Source: Eledone cirrhosa (Eukaryota). Taken from it: a stretch of 64,000 nt of DNA. The notes under the pieces are model-generated. The model did no database searches and had not been told where the DNA came from. It worked only from the letters and a program-made list of their open reading frames with translations. How positions within the stretch are numbered: the first letter of the stretch is position 1; each line of letters starts with the position of its first letter. Of this stretch, positions 40,579 through 54,062 are shown piece after piece. The translations under genes and the position numbers were made by a program. The stretch is taken from positions 65,844,001 through 65,908,000 of the forward strand of contig OZ024740.1 in NCBI GenBank assembly GCA_964016885.1. The letters are read 5' to 3'.

Positions 40579-40668
40579 TCCTCGACTACGTAATTTCGTG
40601 GCATAAACAAAAACAATATATCATAAAGATATAGAGTCCCTGCGAGGTCTGCCGACTTATCAAGAGGA
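40579..40668 (-). ncRNA. Type I hammerhead ribozyme (family A)
   Basis: Same motif, but stem III is UUACGUAG (C-G changed to a U-G wobble). Confidence 0.75.
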
Positions 40669-41278
40669 TACCTCATTTTACTAGTCTCAAGAACGCGTCT
40701 ACACGACGTGAGAAAGAATCCCAAAAGGCGGAGGGGGAGATAGTCACGCGATATAACGGTCGAGAAACAGAGCTAAGCCTCTTATAACCACGAAGAAAAT
40801 ACCACGGAGGCGGAGGAGGTATTCATATCGAGGCCGCAGAAGAGGTGGTGAAGAAGGCTAGAAGTATGAGTAATGGAAGCTTTCCAGTTGTCCCCACACT
40901 TCAAAGATTGCTCGACCAGAGGGAGTTATTAACAATATATTTAGAAACACACAGATACATGCGGACACACACATATATACATGAATGCATCCGCACCCAA
41001 CTGTGAGTTAAGGGTGCCAGCTTCACCGATGTTGCTCAATGAATGACCGGGACAGACCAATTCAGTTGAACTAGACTGAACCAGTATCAGAGTTAAAAAT
41101 ACATTATGAAGAGAGAAGAAACATTTAGATATAATTAGTAATAAAATGTATCATACCTAAACTGCTCCTAAATTCCTCGACTACGTAGTTTCGTGGCATA
41201 GTTGGGTGCGGATGCATTCATGTATATATGTGTGTGTCCGCATGTATCTGTGTGTTTCTAAATATATATATATATATA

Positions 41279-41409
<131 letters not shown>

Positions 41410-41414
41410 ATATA

Positions 41415-42436
41415 TACAAAATTAAGATAAATTGGATTAAATTAAATTAAATCAAATTAAATTAAGGGTGTCATGTCAGATAGACATGCGCCATATCACC
41501 CGTAAAATATGCTCCAAGATTCTAATGAGTAGATCCGAGCATTTTATATTAACTAGAAATTGATTGACATATAATTAAACATAAGAAACAATCACAGGGG
41601 ATAATTTGTAAAAATGTGTAAGCACACATAGTTAGGTAGCTAACAAAATAAAGTTTAACTAGAACTTCAAAAATAGATACCTTATAATTTGATTAATCTT
41701 CCTCGTATATATTCCATTAAAGAAATATATTTCACCAATTAATCGATTGGTAAACGACAGGAGCCAGGTCCTGGATTTTCCTGAATTACCTACCTATGTG
41801 TGCTTACACACTTTTACAAATTATCCCTTGTGATTGTTTCATATGTTTAATTATATGTCAATCAATTTCTAGTTGATATAAGATGCTCAGATCTACTCAT
41901 TAGAATCTTGGAGCATATTTTACGGGTGATATGGCGCATGTCTATCTGACATGACACCCTTAATTTAATTCGATTTAATTTAATTTAATTTAATTTATCT
42001 TAATTTTGGATATATATAAATTGTAGAGCTAACTCAGTTGAAAGGATTTGACTGCTGTTTCTAGTTGTCGATAACCCTATTCACGCCACTGGGACGAAGC
42101 TGTTATGATGTGTGTATTTTTAGTGGATACAGTACGTGTTACTAGCCAGTCGCTGATTTGAACTTGATGCGTAAACACAGATGGCTGGACCTCTTCCTTG
42201 TTGAAAATCCAGGACCTGGCTACTGTCGTTTACCAATAGATTAATTGGTGAAATACATTTCTTTAATGGAATATATACGAGGAAGATTAATGAAATTATA
42301 AGGTATTTATATTTGAAGTTCTAGTTAAACTTTATTTAGTTACCTAACTAACTATGTGTGCTTACACACTTTTACAAATTATCCCCTGTGATTGTTTCAT
42401 ATGTTTAATTATATGTCAATCAATTTCTAGTTGATA
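41415..42436. repeat. Nested inverted repeats of an unclassified repeat family (related copy at ~23165-23290)
   Basis: ~41415-41640 is inverted against ~41786-42012, and ~41548-41780 against ~42205-42436. Confidence 0.8.
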
Positions 42437-42494
42437 TTTATTTATGTATGTATGTACGTATGTATGTATGTATGTATGTATGTATGTATGTATG

Positions 42495-42678
<184 letters not shown>

Positions 42679-42921
42679 GAGACAGACGAAGGGATGTAAA
42701 ATTTCACCCACGGAGCCAAGCAGTTTGGTGCCGCGGTCAGGATTTTACATATCTCTATAGCCAATCTACCTCTCCTCATTTTTTTAGTACTCATATTATT
42801 AGTGGTCTCTTCAGTCTCAGGAAATCAGATACTTTCTCCCTCTCTTTCTCTCTCTGTCTGTCTCTGTCTCTCTCTCTCTCTCTTCCTATATGCATATATA
42901 TATGTGAGTGTGAGTGTGTGT

Positions 42922-42994
<73 letters not shown>

Positions 42995-43270
42995 TATATG
43001 AATGTTCATATATAAATATTTTTATATGTAGATGTGTGTATGTATGTTGTCAAGAGTTTTGTAATTAGTTTTCATCTATAAAATTTGGAAAAATCAGTTA
43101 AACCCAATAACAAATGTTACTTCTCCATCAGGTGATTAGTACTCACAATAGAGCTATTTACTCTTGCCGTCTCTTGATCAATGAAATGCCAGCAATTAAC
43201 CCACATTATGACAATTTTGAAACATGAATGGAGTATGATCAATCAGTATATATAATTATATGTTTATTTC

Positions 43271-43307
<37 letters not shown>

Positions 43308-43401
43308 GTGGAAAACTGGAAGGTAATATCCGTAGTGGTAGAATACTCTGTCCATGGGACGAGTTGGTAGAAGTGGTTACACAACAGTTAGTTCACCATA
43401 C

Positions 43402-43439
43402 CGAGAACAATTGTTTCACCTTAGCGGATCCTCAGCTCA
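43402..43439 (-). ncRNA. Minimal hammerhead ribozyme in solo pLTR fragment (43303-43460)
   Basis: UGAG-CUGAGGA-uCCgcuaaGGu-GAAA-CAAUUG-UU-CUCG; the fragment is homologous to 32215-32355. Confidence 0.7.
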
Positions 43440-43460
43440 GAATGCCCATTCGGAAATGCC

Positions 43461-43492
<32 letters not shown>

Positions 43493-43639
43493 GTAATAAT
43501 AATAAATTTGAAGACTAAAATCCAAAGAGGGCTCGATAAGGATAATATATATATCAAATATATAAGAACCGTAGAACAAATATTTATTAAAATAACAGAT
43601 TAAAGTTTAAACAAAGAATTATTTTAATAAATATACTCT

Positions 43640-43725
<86 letters not shown>

Positions 43726-43738
43726 CATACATATATAC

Positions 43739-43835
<97 letters not shown>

Positions 43836-43906
43836 TATCCACACATGTATATATATATATATATATAACATATAAGAACAAAAGATGGTTAAAAGAGTTC
43901 CATGTA

Positions 43907-43973
43907 TTTTATTATGCGCATTTCAAAAACAAATATCATCATGCAATAATATTTGTGTTTTCATCAGAAAAAA
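43907..43973 (-). ncRNA. Hammerhead ribozyme within an inverted-repeat cassette (43865-44105)
   Basis: UUUUUU-CUGAUGA-AAACACAAAUAU...AUAUUUGUUUUU-GAAA-UGCGCA-UA-AUAAAA; partial inverted copy at 44016-44100. Confidence 0.62.
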
Positions 43974-44250
43974 GAGGAAGACATGATATCAAGGTTAAAA
44001 AACACTTGTGGATAGTATTATTGCATGATGATATTTGTTTTTGAAATGCGCATAATAAAATACATGGAACTCTTTTAACCATCTTTTGTTCTTATATATT
44101 ATGTATACTCCAGTCCTACAAACTGTAGAGTGCTTCTTATCCGATATCTGCATTGCTTTATTGTAGTACAATAAAACTCACCTCCTACATATATATATAT
44201 ATATATTTAAAGAATGAATAATAACAGGTAGACATCATAAAAAGCTAATT

Positions 44251-44375
44251 CATTCTGTGTGCTTAGAAATGTTTCCACGGTGGTTATACAATCTAGTTTG
44301 CTATGTGCAAATTTATAACTATTTGCAAAACTCAATTATCAAATGCTGTGACCACTGTATCATCAGAGCAGAATG
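44251..44375 (-). ncRNA. Decayed hammerhead ribozyme with long loop II
   Basis: UGCU-CUGAUGA-UACAGUGGU...ACCACCGUG-GAAA-CAUUUC-UA-AGCA; stem III is broken. Confidence 0.55.
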
Positions 44376-44881
44376 GTTTAAATGTAAAATGTAAATACCC
44401 TTAAGTGAGGTTATTATATAGAGTAGAAAAGGAAGAGAGAAAGTAGAGGAGAGGGAGAGAGAGAGAGATATGCTGGGGTTGGAGAAATGGGAGAGAGTGG
44501 TTTGTAAAATACAGATTGATCATACTTCATTCATATATATACATATATATATATATTTAATAAAATGTTGTAGTTTGCTTGAACCATGGAATATAATATA
44601 TAACGTTGAAAGTGATAGAAGCCTAAACAATGGAAAATGGACTGCAAGATGAGGTAACGAAAATTAAGTTAATTGGTAATCATTGTGTTGATTTTGCTGT
44701 TATTGGTTTTTCTGTCCAATATTTCGGGACTTAAAGTTCCTTATTAGTGGATTAAGGAACTTTCAGTGGATAATGTTTCAATTTTCTTTCTTTGGGATTA
44801 AATTTTGATTTTGATTTTAAAAAGTCATTTTCAAGTGTTTTTTGATAATTATTACGCATTTCACGAGCATGACGTCCATAT

Positions 44882-44961
<80 letters not shown>

Positions 44962-45023
44962 AAAATGACAGGAGGCTGACCATACGGAATTGACCAGCTC
45001 TATCCAGTGGTGAACCTCAAACC

Positions 45024-45097
<74 letters not shown>

Positions 45098-45138
45098 CAA
45101 AACATAAGTCAATTGCATGAACTTATAATCCTTTATTT

Positions 45139-45194
45139 ACTGCTATATATATTTCGATGATAGCCATTGAATGGCTATGACCTCATCAGGCAGT
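45139..45194 (-). ncRNA. Type I hammerhead ribozyme at the 3' end of a PLE-like remnant (~45094-45830)
   Basis: ACUGC-CUGAUGA-GGUcAUAGCCAU uca AUGGCUAUcAUC-GAAA-UAUAUA-UA-GCAGU. Confidence 0.8.
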
Positions 45195-46169
45195 TAGTCA
45201 ATTCTTAGATATGCCAACTCTGTGTTTATGATGTTGATTGTATCAGAGACTTGGGACATATGAGCCTGTTAGGAATAATTTAATGTTGTCAGCAGGAATA
45301 GTCTTAATTCTCATTGGTCAGTTTGTAGATGCGAGTAGGGTTGGTATTTGACCTCAAAGAGGCAGGTGGTGTTGTAAAGTTCAAACCGTCAGGCAAGATG
45401 ACAATAGTTCCATATTGCTGATTTTCACAAAAAGCATTCCTGGTCAGATATATATTCAATTGAAGTTAGTATGAAATTCGATACTTCAGGTCATTCTTAA
45501 ATTGAGGAATTTATGTGGAGTGGTACTACTGAAAATTATGGTTAGAGTAGATTACTAGAAATTTTACAAATACAATGAAAATACTTATATAGGTTGACTT
45601 GCACATACACGCACACCCACCGCCACAGACACACACACACATCCACACATACAAATTGAGTAATTAGTGTGGGGTGGTGATGCTGAAAATTATGGTTAGA
45701 GTCAAATACTTAGAAAGTTTAGATTTTAGAAATAAAAAGACTTATGTTGGTTGACTTGTACATACACTCACACCTACCCCCTCAGACACACACACACAAA
45801 TCCATACAGGTGTGTGTATATATATATGTACGCCCAAGTGCATATATATATACAACAGAGGCCCCCAAATCCAAGTATAAGGCAGACATAAAACTAGGTG
45901 GGTGTTTTTTTAAAGAAAAGTAAAATGGGTGTTTGGAAAAGTTATTGTTTAGACTAGACAAAAGTACAGTATGATATATATCTTCACAGCAATAGCTTGG
46001 GGGCTTTGGAGCTTAGGCGAATCCCTTACCCACACTTTTATACTTCTGGATGCGCGTGTATGTCTATATACACATATGCACTCATATAAGAGAGCATATA
46101 CAAATATACTCTTAAGCATACACTCGAACATTTTTCAAATGCGACCAGGTGTATTAGTATGTACATTCA

Positions 46170-46555
46170 CGTAATACCAGTATACACACACAATGCACGG
46201 TTGCGGGCACTCATTCATGCGTATAGGGTTAGTACCTTGGGATAATTGTTCTGCATGTGTGGGCCACTCCCGGGGGGGGGGAGGCGTTCCTCAGGTTCAA
46301 TAAACGTAGTTTTGTTGACTACTAACCAGTAGAGGATCCGGTGGACAATCCACCGTAGGGACCACAAACTATGGGTAGTTGTTGTTGTCCATTGGTCATT
46401 GGTACGGGGCGTAGGGGACCTACAAGGGGGAGGAGGGCGTTGTGGGAGACCCTTAACCGGGGTTTTTCCATATAGCTTGAGGAAAGTTCCCGTCCTTAGG
46501 TGTCTGCAGGCGCCGAATAAGTCGGTCATTCTGTTTAATAGCTTCGTTCCACCAT
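46170..46555 (-). mobile_element. PLE endonuclease C-terminal remnant
   Basis: LLNRMTDLFGACRHLRTGTFLKLYGK resembles LLINRRADFPSNCQHRTSKTFRRIFGK at the end of ORF 35371-35766. Confidence 0.6.
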
Positions 46556-46558
46556 GAA

Positions 46559-46615
<57 letters not shown>

Positions 46616-46619
46616 TTCA

Positions 46620-46880
46620 TTTTACTGTATTACGTGTTCCAACCGACATGCTGAGAGCATGATAAGTTTGACCACCATTGATGGTTCACTTCTACACCTA
46701 TCTTTCCTTTGGAAGTCATTGATGCAAAGGGAGTTTCTTGCTTCCGCCTATATTTGTTGTTCGCCTCAGGCTGTGAGTTCACAGTATGTCAATTGACAAC
46801 ATCTACATACACACCAATTAGATCACTCAGATTGTGTGGCAGCTTACTGAAAAGCTGGGTCATGCTGCCAATAAAAACAT
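46620..46880 (-). mobile_element. Old CR1-like LINE 3' remnant
   Basis: Minus strand gives QLFSKLP..L.DL.GV.VDV, resembling CR1-group ORF2 C-termini; heavily decayed. Confidence 0.4.
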
Positions 46881-48517
46881 ATGCATCAGTTTATTCCAAT
46901 TTATTATTACAATTTTCTGTTGGTTAATTAAATAACCTGAAGGTTGTTTGATTTTTACTTGTGTACATATATTTATTATTCATTTCGAAATAAAAATTAT
47001 ATCTACACACAGAATAAATGCAATGCTCCGACTGATTAGATCAGCAAGGAATAGAAAATTGAATAGAAATCATGAATGGAATAACAACTTCACAGCATAG
47101 TGACTAAGGATGATATCAATAAACACAAGAACATATCTAATAAGATACATAGGCAGAACCATCTCCGCGCAACATTATTCATAGTATACACAATCAGAAT
47201 ATCAACTAACAAGTAAAGATAAAGATAAAATGTACACTCACCCGGATGTGACACATGCCTAATCTAGATGCAAATATTATAAAAAAACAAGATGGTGCAA
47301 GCAGAACAAATAGAAGACGCAAAAGTAGTCATTGAAGAGGTTATAAAAAGTGTGGCGATAGAGCTTTGAAAATTAACAATCAAACAACCATCCGGTTATT
47401 AAACTAACCAACGTAATATTACAATAATAAGTTGAAGTGTATCTCAACAGGTCTGTGTTTGTGTCTGTGTGTTTTTGTAACATGAGCCTCCTGAATATAT
47501 ATATATATAAACATGAATGAAATGAATTGGAACGATGAGTGAATAAAAACTTTCATAAAATTATAGGAGTCTCAAACACAGAAATAGCTGTAAAACAGCC
47601 AGCTGCTATTATGCCGAGCAAGGAATCGGGTTAAAATATGAATTCTTATGAGCGGAAGAACAGTCTTAAGAGTAGGGACAGAGGGGGAAATGAGATAAGT
47701 ATATTGAGAGAGAAGAGCAAAATGTTTTGGGGAGAATTACGAAAAATAAAACAGTAAAGAAAAGATGAAGAATATTAAATTCAAAAAGAAATAAAGAATT
47801 CTGGATTCGTAAACCCATCAGGTTCCTTCTAGCCAACGTGATTTCACCCGGAAAAGGAAATATCAAGTATTCAAGGCTTGCTCACGCAAGAGAATCAAAA
47901 TTGCTATTGGTATGATACTGGTATAAAGAGATTAAAAACAAGAAAAAAGAGCAGTGGAGACACATTTGTACTGTGCTCCCGCTGACCGAGAAAGACTTTG
48001 TCTGTTATTTTAACGGAAACAGCAGCAGTAGTACGCGAAAAGACATTGGAAATATCAGCAGCGGTGTTGGTAACAGTATAGAAAAGGGATGAGAAAAAGC
48101 GACAAAAACAGATAAAGATGTAAAGTTATCTGTCCATAACACCGTTATCAATTAATCTTAGAGGGCCAAATTGGCTCAATATGTGTACGTAAACGTGATT
48201 TAAATGAATTAGAGCGATGGGTGCATAAAACATCGTTCCCGCTCTCGATTTTCTTCTATTCTCTCTCTATATACTTCTCTAATTTCTCATCATATGCTTT
48301 ATACTCTGATCTTTTCGTTTTCTACCTCTTCCTTCTGCTCTGACCATTCCTCCGGTCATAAGGGGTTATAATTTAACCAGACTCTTCCTGTGCATAATAA
48401 CAGCGGGCAGTTTTAAGGCGATTTCCCGTTTGAGATTCGAAATATTTCATAAAAATAACAATATATATAAGCGTGTGTGTGTGTATGCGAGTGTATGTGC
48501 GTGCGTGTGTGTGTGTG

Positions 48518-49190
<673 letters not shown>

Positions 49191-49366
49191 ATATATATAT
49201 ATATATAAATGCTTTGAAAGCACAACACATATCTGATGAACTTGCGAATGCAGAGTCAGGTTAGATCTGTAACCATTCCTACCTTGAGCTGATCGTCGGA
49301 GAAACATATAATATGTTAATAAATTGCATCACTGATTCCTCGTTATCTATAATATATATATATATA

Positions 49367-50065
49367 TTGTTATACTTAGGGAGGGTCATATTTGTGTAAT
49401 AATATTGCCAGAATTAATAACAGAACACTATCACTGTTTGGTTGGATTTCGCTTCTGTATCTTTTATATCAGTTAATTTAATTTATTCGGTCCTCAAAGT
49501 TACCCTTGACTGACCAACAGTCTAAAATACAGATATAATATAGACACAAATACATATGTATAGTCTAACAAAGTTCTTTCGTTGCACATCTCCAAATTCG
49601 TCAGTGGTGCTATTATGTTTCCTCCTATTGTATTGTATGTCTACGCCATCTTTATTTAATCTGTTTATTTATTTATTTATTTATTTATTTTTGTCTTCTC
49701 TGCCCATGCGTTTGCGTGTGTGTATAGAGTTTGGTGTGTGTTCGTGTTTGGGTGACTGTGTTTTGGTTATTGTATTCTATCTTAGTTTACTAGTTTACTT
49801 AGTTTACTAGTGTGTTTATATGTGTTTGTTGTTATTGTGCTTGAGTATGTATTTATTTGTTTATTTATACTTCTCTTAGGTCAGTATTGTTTGTTTGGGT
49901 GTTGTTGTTATTCCATTCATTTTTTCTGTTTAGCTTTGGCCTTCTAAGTTCTATTTCACTGGCCTCTCTGATTTGCCTATCTGCTGGGTCATTTCTATGT
50001 TTAGATATTATTCTAATTTCTATGTTGTCTATGTTACCGTTGTGTTGTTGTCTGGCGTGTTCGTA
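49367..50065 (-). mobile_element. Naiad-like PLE 3' fragment
   Basis: YEHARQQHNG...RQIREASEIEL plus homologous 3' UTR; TA tracts on both sides. Confidence 0.82.
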
Positions 50066-52433
50066 TATATATGTATGCATAGTATATATATGTGTGTGTG
50101 TGTGTATATACATATATATATATATATATGTATGTATATATATACACACACACGCACACACACACACATATATATATATATATACTATACCTACATATAT
50201 ATATATATGTATAGGTGCTGTGAAATAGCGATGTATATATGAATGTACGTATAGTATATTAGATAATATACTGTATGTTTATTTTAAAAAAAAATTTAAA
50301 TAAACATACAGTATATTATCAAATATACTATAAGTATGGATTCATGATGTATGTTTGTATAAATGTATGCTTGTATTTTAATAGTTAATAAGATTATAAA
50401 GTGATGTAATTTTCATCGTCGCTTGCTCCAGATATCGGGATTCATTTAGGAGATACATTTTTCTCCACTTATCGAATTTCAGGCATTCTCTGGTCCAGCT
50501 GTATTTATACATATAACCAGTAACTCCAGTAATAACATGTATAAAGCTGAATGTATATGTGCACGTATTATACACCTTGTCTTCCATTTCTCTCATTATA
50601 CTGCCATCGGACTATTATCGTCTACAGCAGGGTATATTTTTAATGCATGATTCTTAACAACAATATTGTGCTTTAATTTAGTGGCATTTTCTTTTAAATT
50701 TGCAATCCAACTACTATTCGTTTAGGTCATATTTCTCAAACTAATGCTCCTTCTATGTGTGTAAGTATGTATTTAAGTATGTATATATGCATGTATGCAT
50801 TATGTCTGTGTGCATGTGAGTATGTATGTATATATGTACGCAACCATGTATATTTGTATGTAAGTATGTATGTTTGTATATATAAGAATTTTAACTTGAT
50901 ATCTTATAATTTTTCATTCAGCTCGAAGAGACTCTAATAGTAGAGATTTCAAATAAAGCACTCTGTACAGTACAGATAAGAGAGCAGCAATCATATGGGT
51001 TCTATCAATTTTGTTTCATATACATTTTCTTGGGTGTCCATGAATATACTGCTTATAAGCTAAGTAATAAGAGCAACTTGGAACTAGTGCATTAAAAGTG
51101 AAAAACAGCTGTAAGGGAAGGATAAAGTAAAGTAACGCGATTCTGTATCTTGAGTGCTATGTTATTTCATCTTCCCCATATATTTGGAAGGCAAAGTTGA
51201 ACTAGGCCCACGAATTTTGTTTTGTCCACATTTGAAAGACTACTCTACGATGAATGGTGGAAATATTTCGTATTTAGTTGTATCAGTATATGTACACATA
51301 CATAATAAATCACATTACATATAATTATTTCAGAATTGTGATCTTTAGCATAGCGTTGTCAAAGAAGCTTGCCGATCACATACGTCGATATGGAATGTTA
51401 AATATATCTAACTGATTTGGTATCGACATTGTAGATGACTATAATGATATTAGCCATTAATTTTATCGGCAACAATCTAAATTATCGTTTTGGTTTTATT
51501 TCTTGTTAGGTTCTCTGAAGCTGTTATTCTTAATTGTCGAAACTACTATAACCCAACCTTTTATTTTTACAATAATTCAAAATAATGTATATAATTTAGC
51601 TATAAAATAAAATCGCATTCCTCTAAAATGGCAAACTGAAGTAATTATATTTTTGAATAATTCACCCATATATGTCAACTTTGAAGGTACAAAAGATGAA
51701 AATATATATGTAGATGAACAAATTAAATGTGTTGTTTGATTCAATGCTATTTGATGTCCTTTGTTTATGAAATAACTTCTATATGTAATCCTATGTATTA
51801 ATAATATCTTTCAGAAAAATAATAGCATCTTTACAACGGTTAGTGGTAATTTAATAATACTATTGTCTGAGAATTTGATGCAGAGTGAGGTAACTCATTA
51901 GATATATATATATGAAACTATTGAAAATATATAGAATAATTAGATTTAAGAAAATATTTTTGTTAAAATAATTCTGTTTTGTCAAGAAAGTACCTTCATA
52001 TTTGACTTATCTTTGTTAGTGGTGATTTGAAAGTAAAATAATTTCTTCCCGAATTATTTTTTTTCCAGGTTTATTAAATTATTACACCATTTAGATGAAA
52101 TTATCAATTAGCACAAATTACATTTTCTAACTAAATTAAATTGTACATATATATATACGTATTTTTATGCTTCTAATTGCATTATGTCTCGAAAAACCTA
52201 TAGTATATATTCATCAGACTGAAGAAGAATATTGTGACAATAAAAATATAATCCCTGATTAGAAATAAAAAGTATTTTGTTTAGAATATTAATGAATTTA
52301 TGATATAACATAATTTGAAAGCATTATAAAATAACACGCTTAATGTTATTAAACATTTAAAACATTTCGGATTATTGTTTTAGAACGACATCTGTTGCTT
52401 TAAAATGCGGGTACCTGTTAACACTAGGTAAAT

Positions 52434-52640
52434 AATTGTTTCTATTGCTTTCACAACACCAGCAATTATCCCAGTGCATTACTGTTACTTTATTTAATCG
52501 ACCCTGTAAGGAAGAAAAGCAAAGATTAGCTCGGCAGGATTTGAACTCACAACATAAAGGGCCATAACTCACAACATAAAGGGCCATATACTGCAAATCA
52601 TGGCATCCAACCCTCTACCGATACTGCCAATCCACCACAC
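52434..52640 (-). mobile_element. tRNA-derived SINE (diverged)
   Basis: Homologous to 21822-21979, with B-box GAGTTCAAATCC on the minus strand. Confidence 0.75.
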
Positions 52641-53278
52641 TAGGTAAATAATAAGATGAAAATAAAAAAACTTACTAGCAACAGCCAGCACGTAGATAGA
52701 TGGTGTTTGTGCTAGATGGTGAAAGTATTTCAGTAACGTTCAACCGAGAGAAAAAAAAAAAAGAAAAAACAGGGAAACCATACGAAAGTAAAAGACAAAA
52801 CCAATTGAGTAGAATAATAATATTTTTAGTGGTATGCAGGCTCAAGAAAGAAAAGTGAAATGAAATGAAATTATAATAATTACTTAACACAAAATTGAGT
52901 TGTAATATGTGTCAAAGATCGGTATTTTGAACCAACGACCTTGTTGGGATGATACTACTTTTGGAACAAAATAAATTACAAGTACATTACATATTGATTT
53001 AACTTAAAATATATATAGATATGTATCATATATACTTCAACGTGGTAATATACATTGTTTTAATATACTAGTGCATATAAATGTGACATTTAAAAAAAAA
53101 GAAATTTACTGTTCACACCTATGCAGGTGTGACCAGACCAATACATTTTCTCGTCTTTCACGACGTGGAATCTCCATGGAGTATTGTTGAGTGTTATAGC
53201 GATAGCTTATAACATGAACCACATCGTGGAATGAGGCGTTTTGCAGAATAATACAGGCCTGCACTCTTTTATAATTTA

Positions 53279-54062
53279 CTAGCAGAATGGCCCGGCGTTG
53301 CTCGGGATTTGCTATAGGGTTCTTATATATTAGATATATATTTATCCTTATCGAACCTCGTGAAATAAATACGTTTGATTATATTTTGTTATTGTGTATG
53401 CAAAAATATCTGTCCATAAACATATAATTATATATATATATTAAAATAACAGACTAAAGTTTAAGCAAAGAATCACTGCTTTCACCCTTAACGGGATATT
53501 CTACCTAAAAGCAGTATGAAGTATATACACTAAGACTAATTGATGTAATCTTTGGCCTTGTTTGTTTATATTTTGTTTTTGTGTATGCAAAAATATCTGC
53601 ACACGAATATCTATATTAAAATAACATATTAATGTTTAAGCAAAGAATCGCTGCTTTCAACCTTAACGGGATCTTCTTAAACTAAAACAATCAATCTGGA
53701 AAACAGGAAGACGATACTTTGGTTCGTGAAGACGTTCCCTGGCATAAGAATATATATACACACACACACTGATCGCGTCATAATGACGTAATGCAGACAG
53801 TCAGGCATATAGACAGATATTATGAAGGCGCGACGTCATATCTATGTATCTATCTAAAAAGAGAAAGACTAAGAGAAAGAGAAAGAGATCGCTAAATCGC
53901 CTAATGCGGTCCCTAGGGCATTGAACATTTGAAATTGTTTTTGCGCAAAACACTTCCGGGGTCATACGAGTTACATGTATAAAGTTTGAAAAAAACCGGT
54001 TGGGTACTTCTCGAGTTTTAGAGAAACAGACACACAGACATCCTCTGTTTTATATATAGAGA
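53279..54062 (-). mobile_element. Non-autonomous Helitron
   Basis: Minus strand starts A^TC (54062) and ends CTAG^T (53279). A GC-rich hairpin CCCGAGCAACGCCGGG lies 8 nt before CTAG; no TSD. Confidence 0.75.

Larger units (their letters stand above)
39911..41262 (-). mobile_element. Hammerhead-containing tandem repeat family A (595 bp unit, ~2.2 units, plus inverted piece 41201-41262)
   Basis: Cleavage-triplet GAC at 39989, 40584 and 41179. The (TA)n junction is the same as for the 6107 copy. 41201-41262 is the reverse complement of ~40937-41001. Confidence 0.82.
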
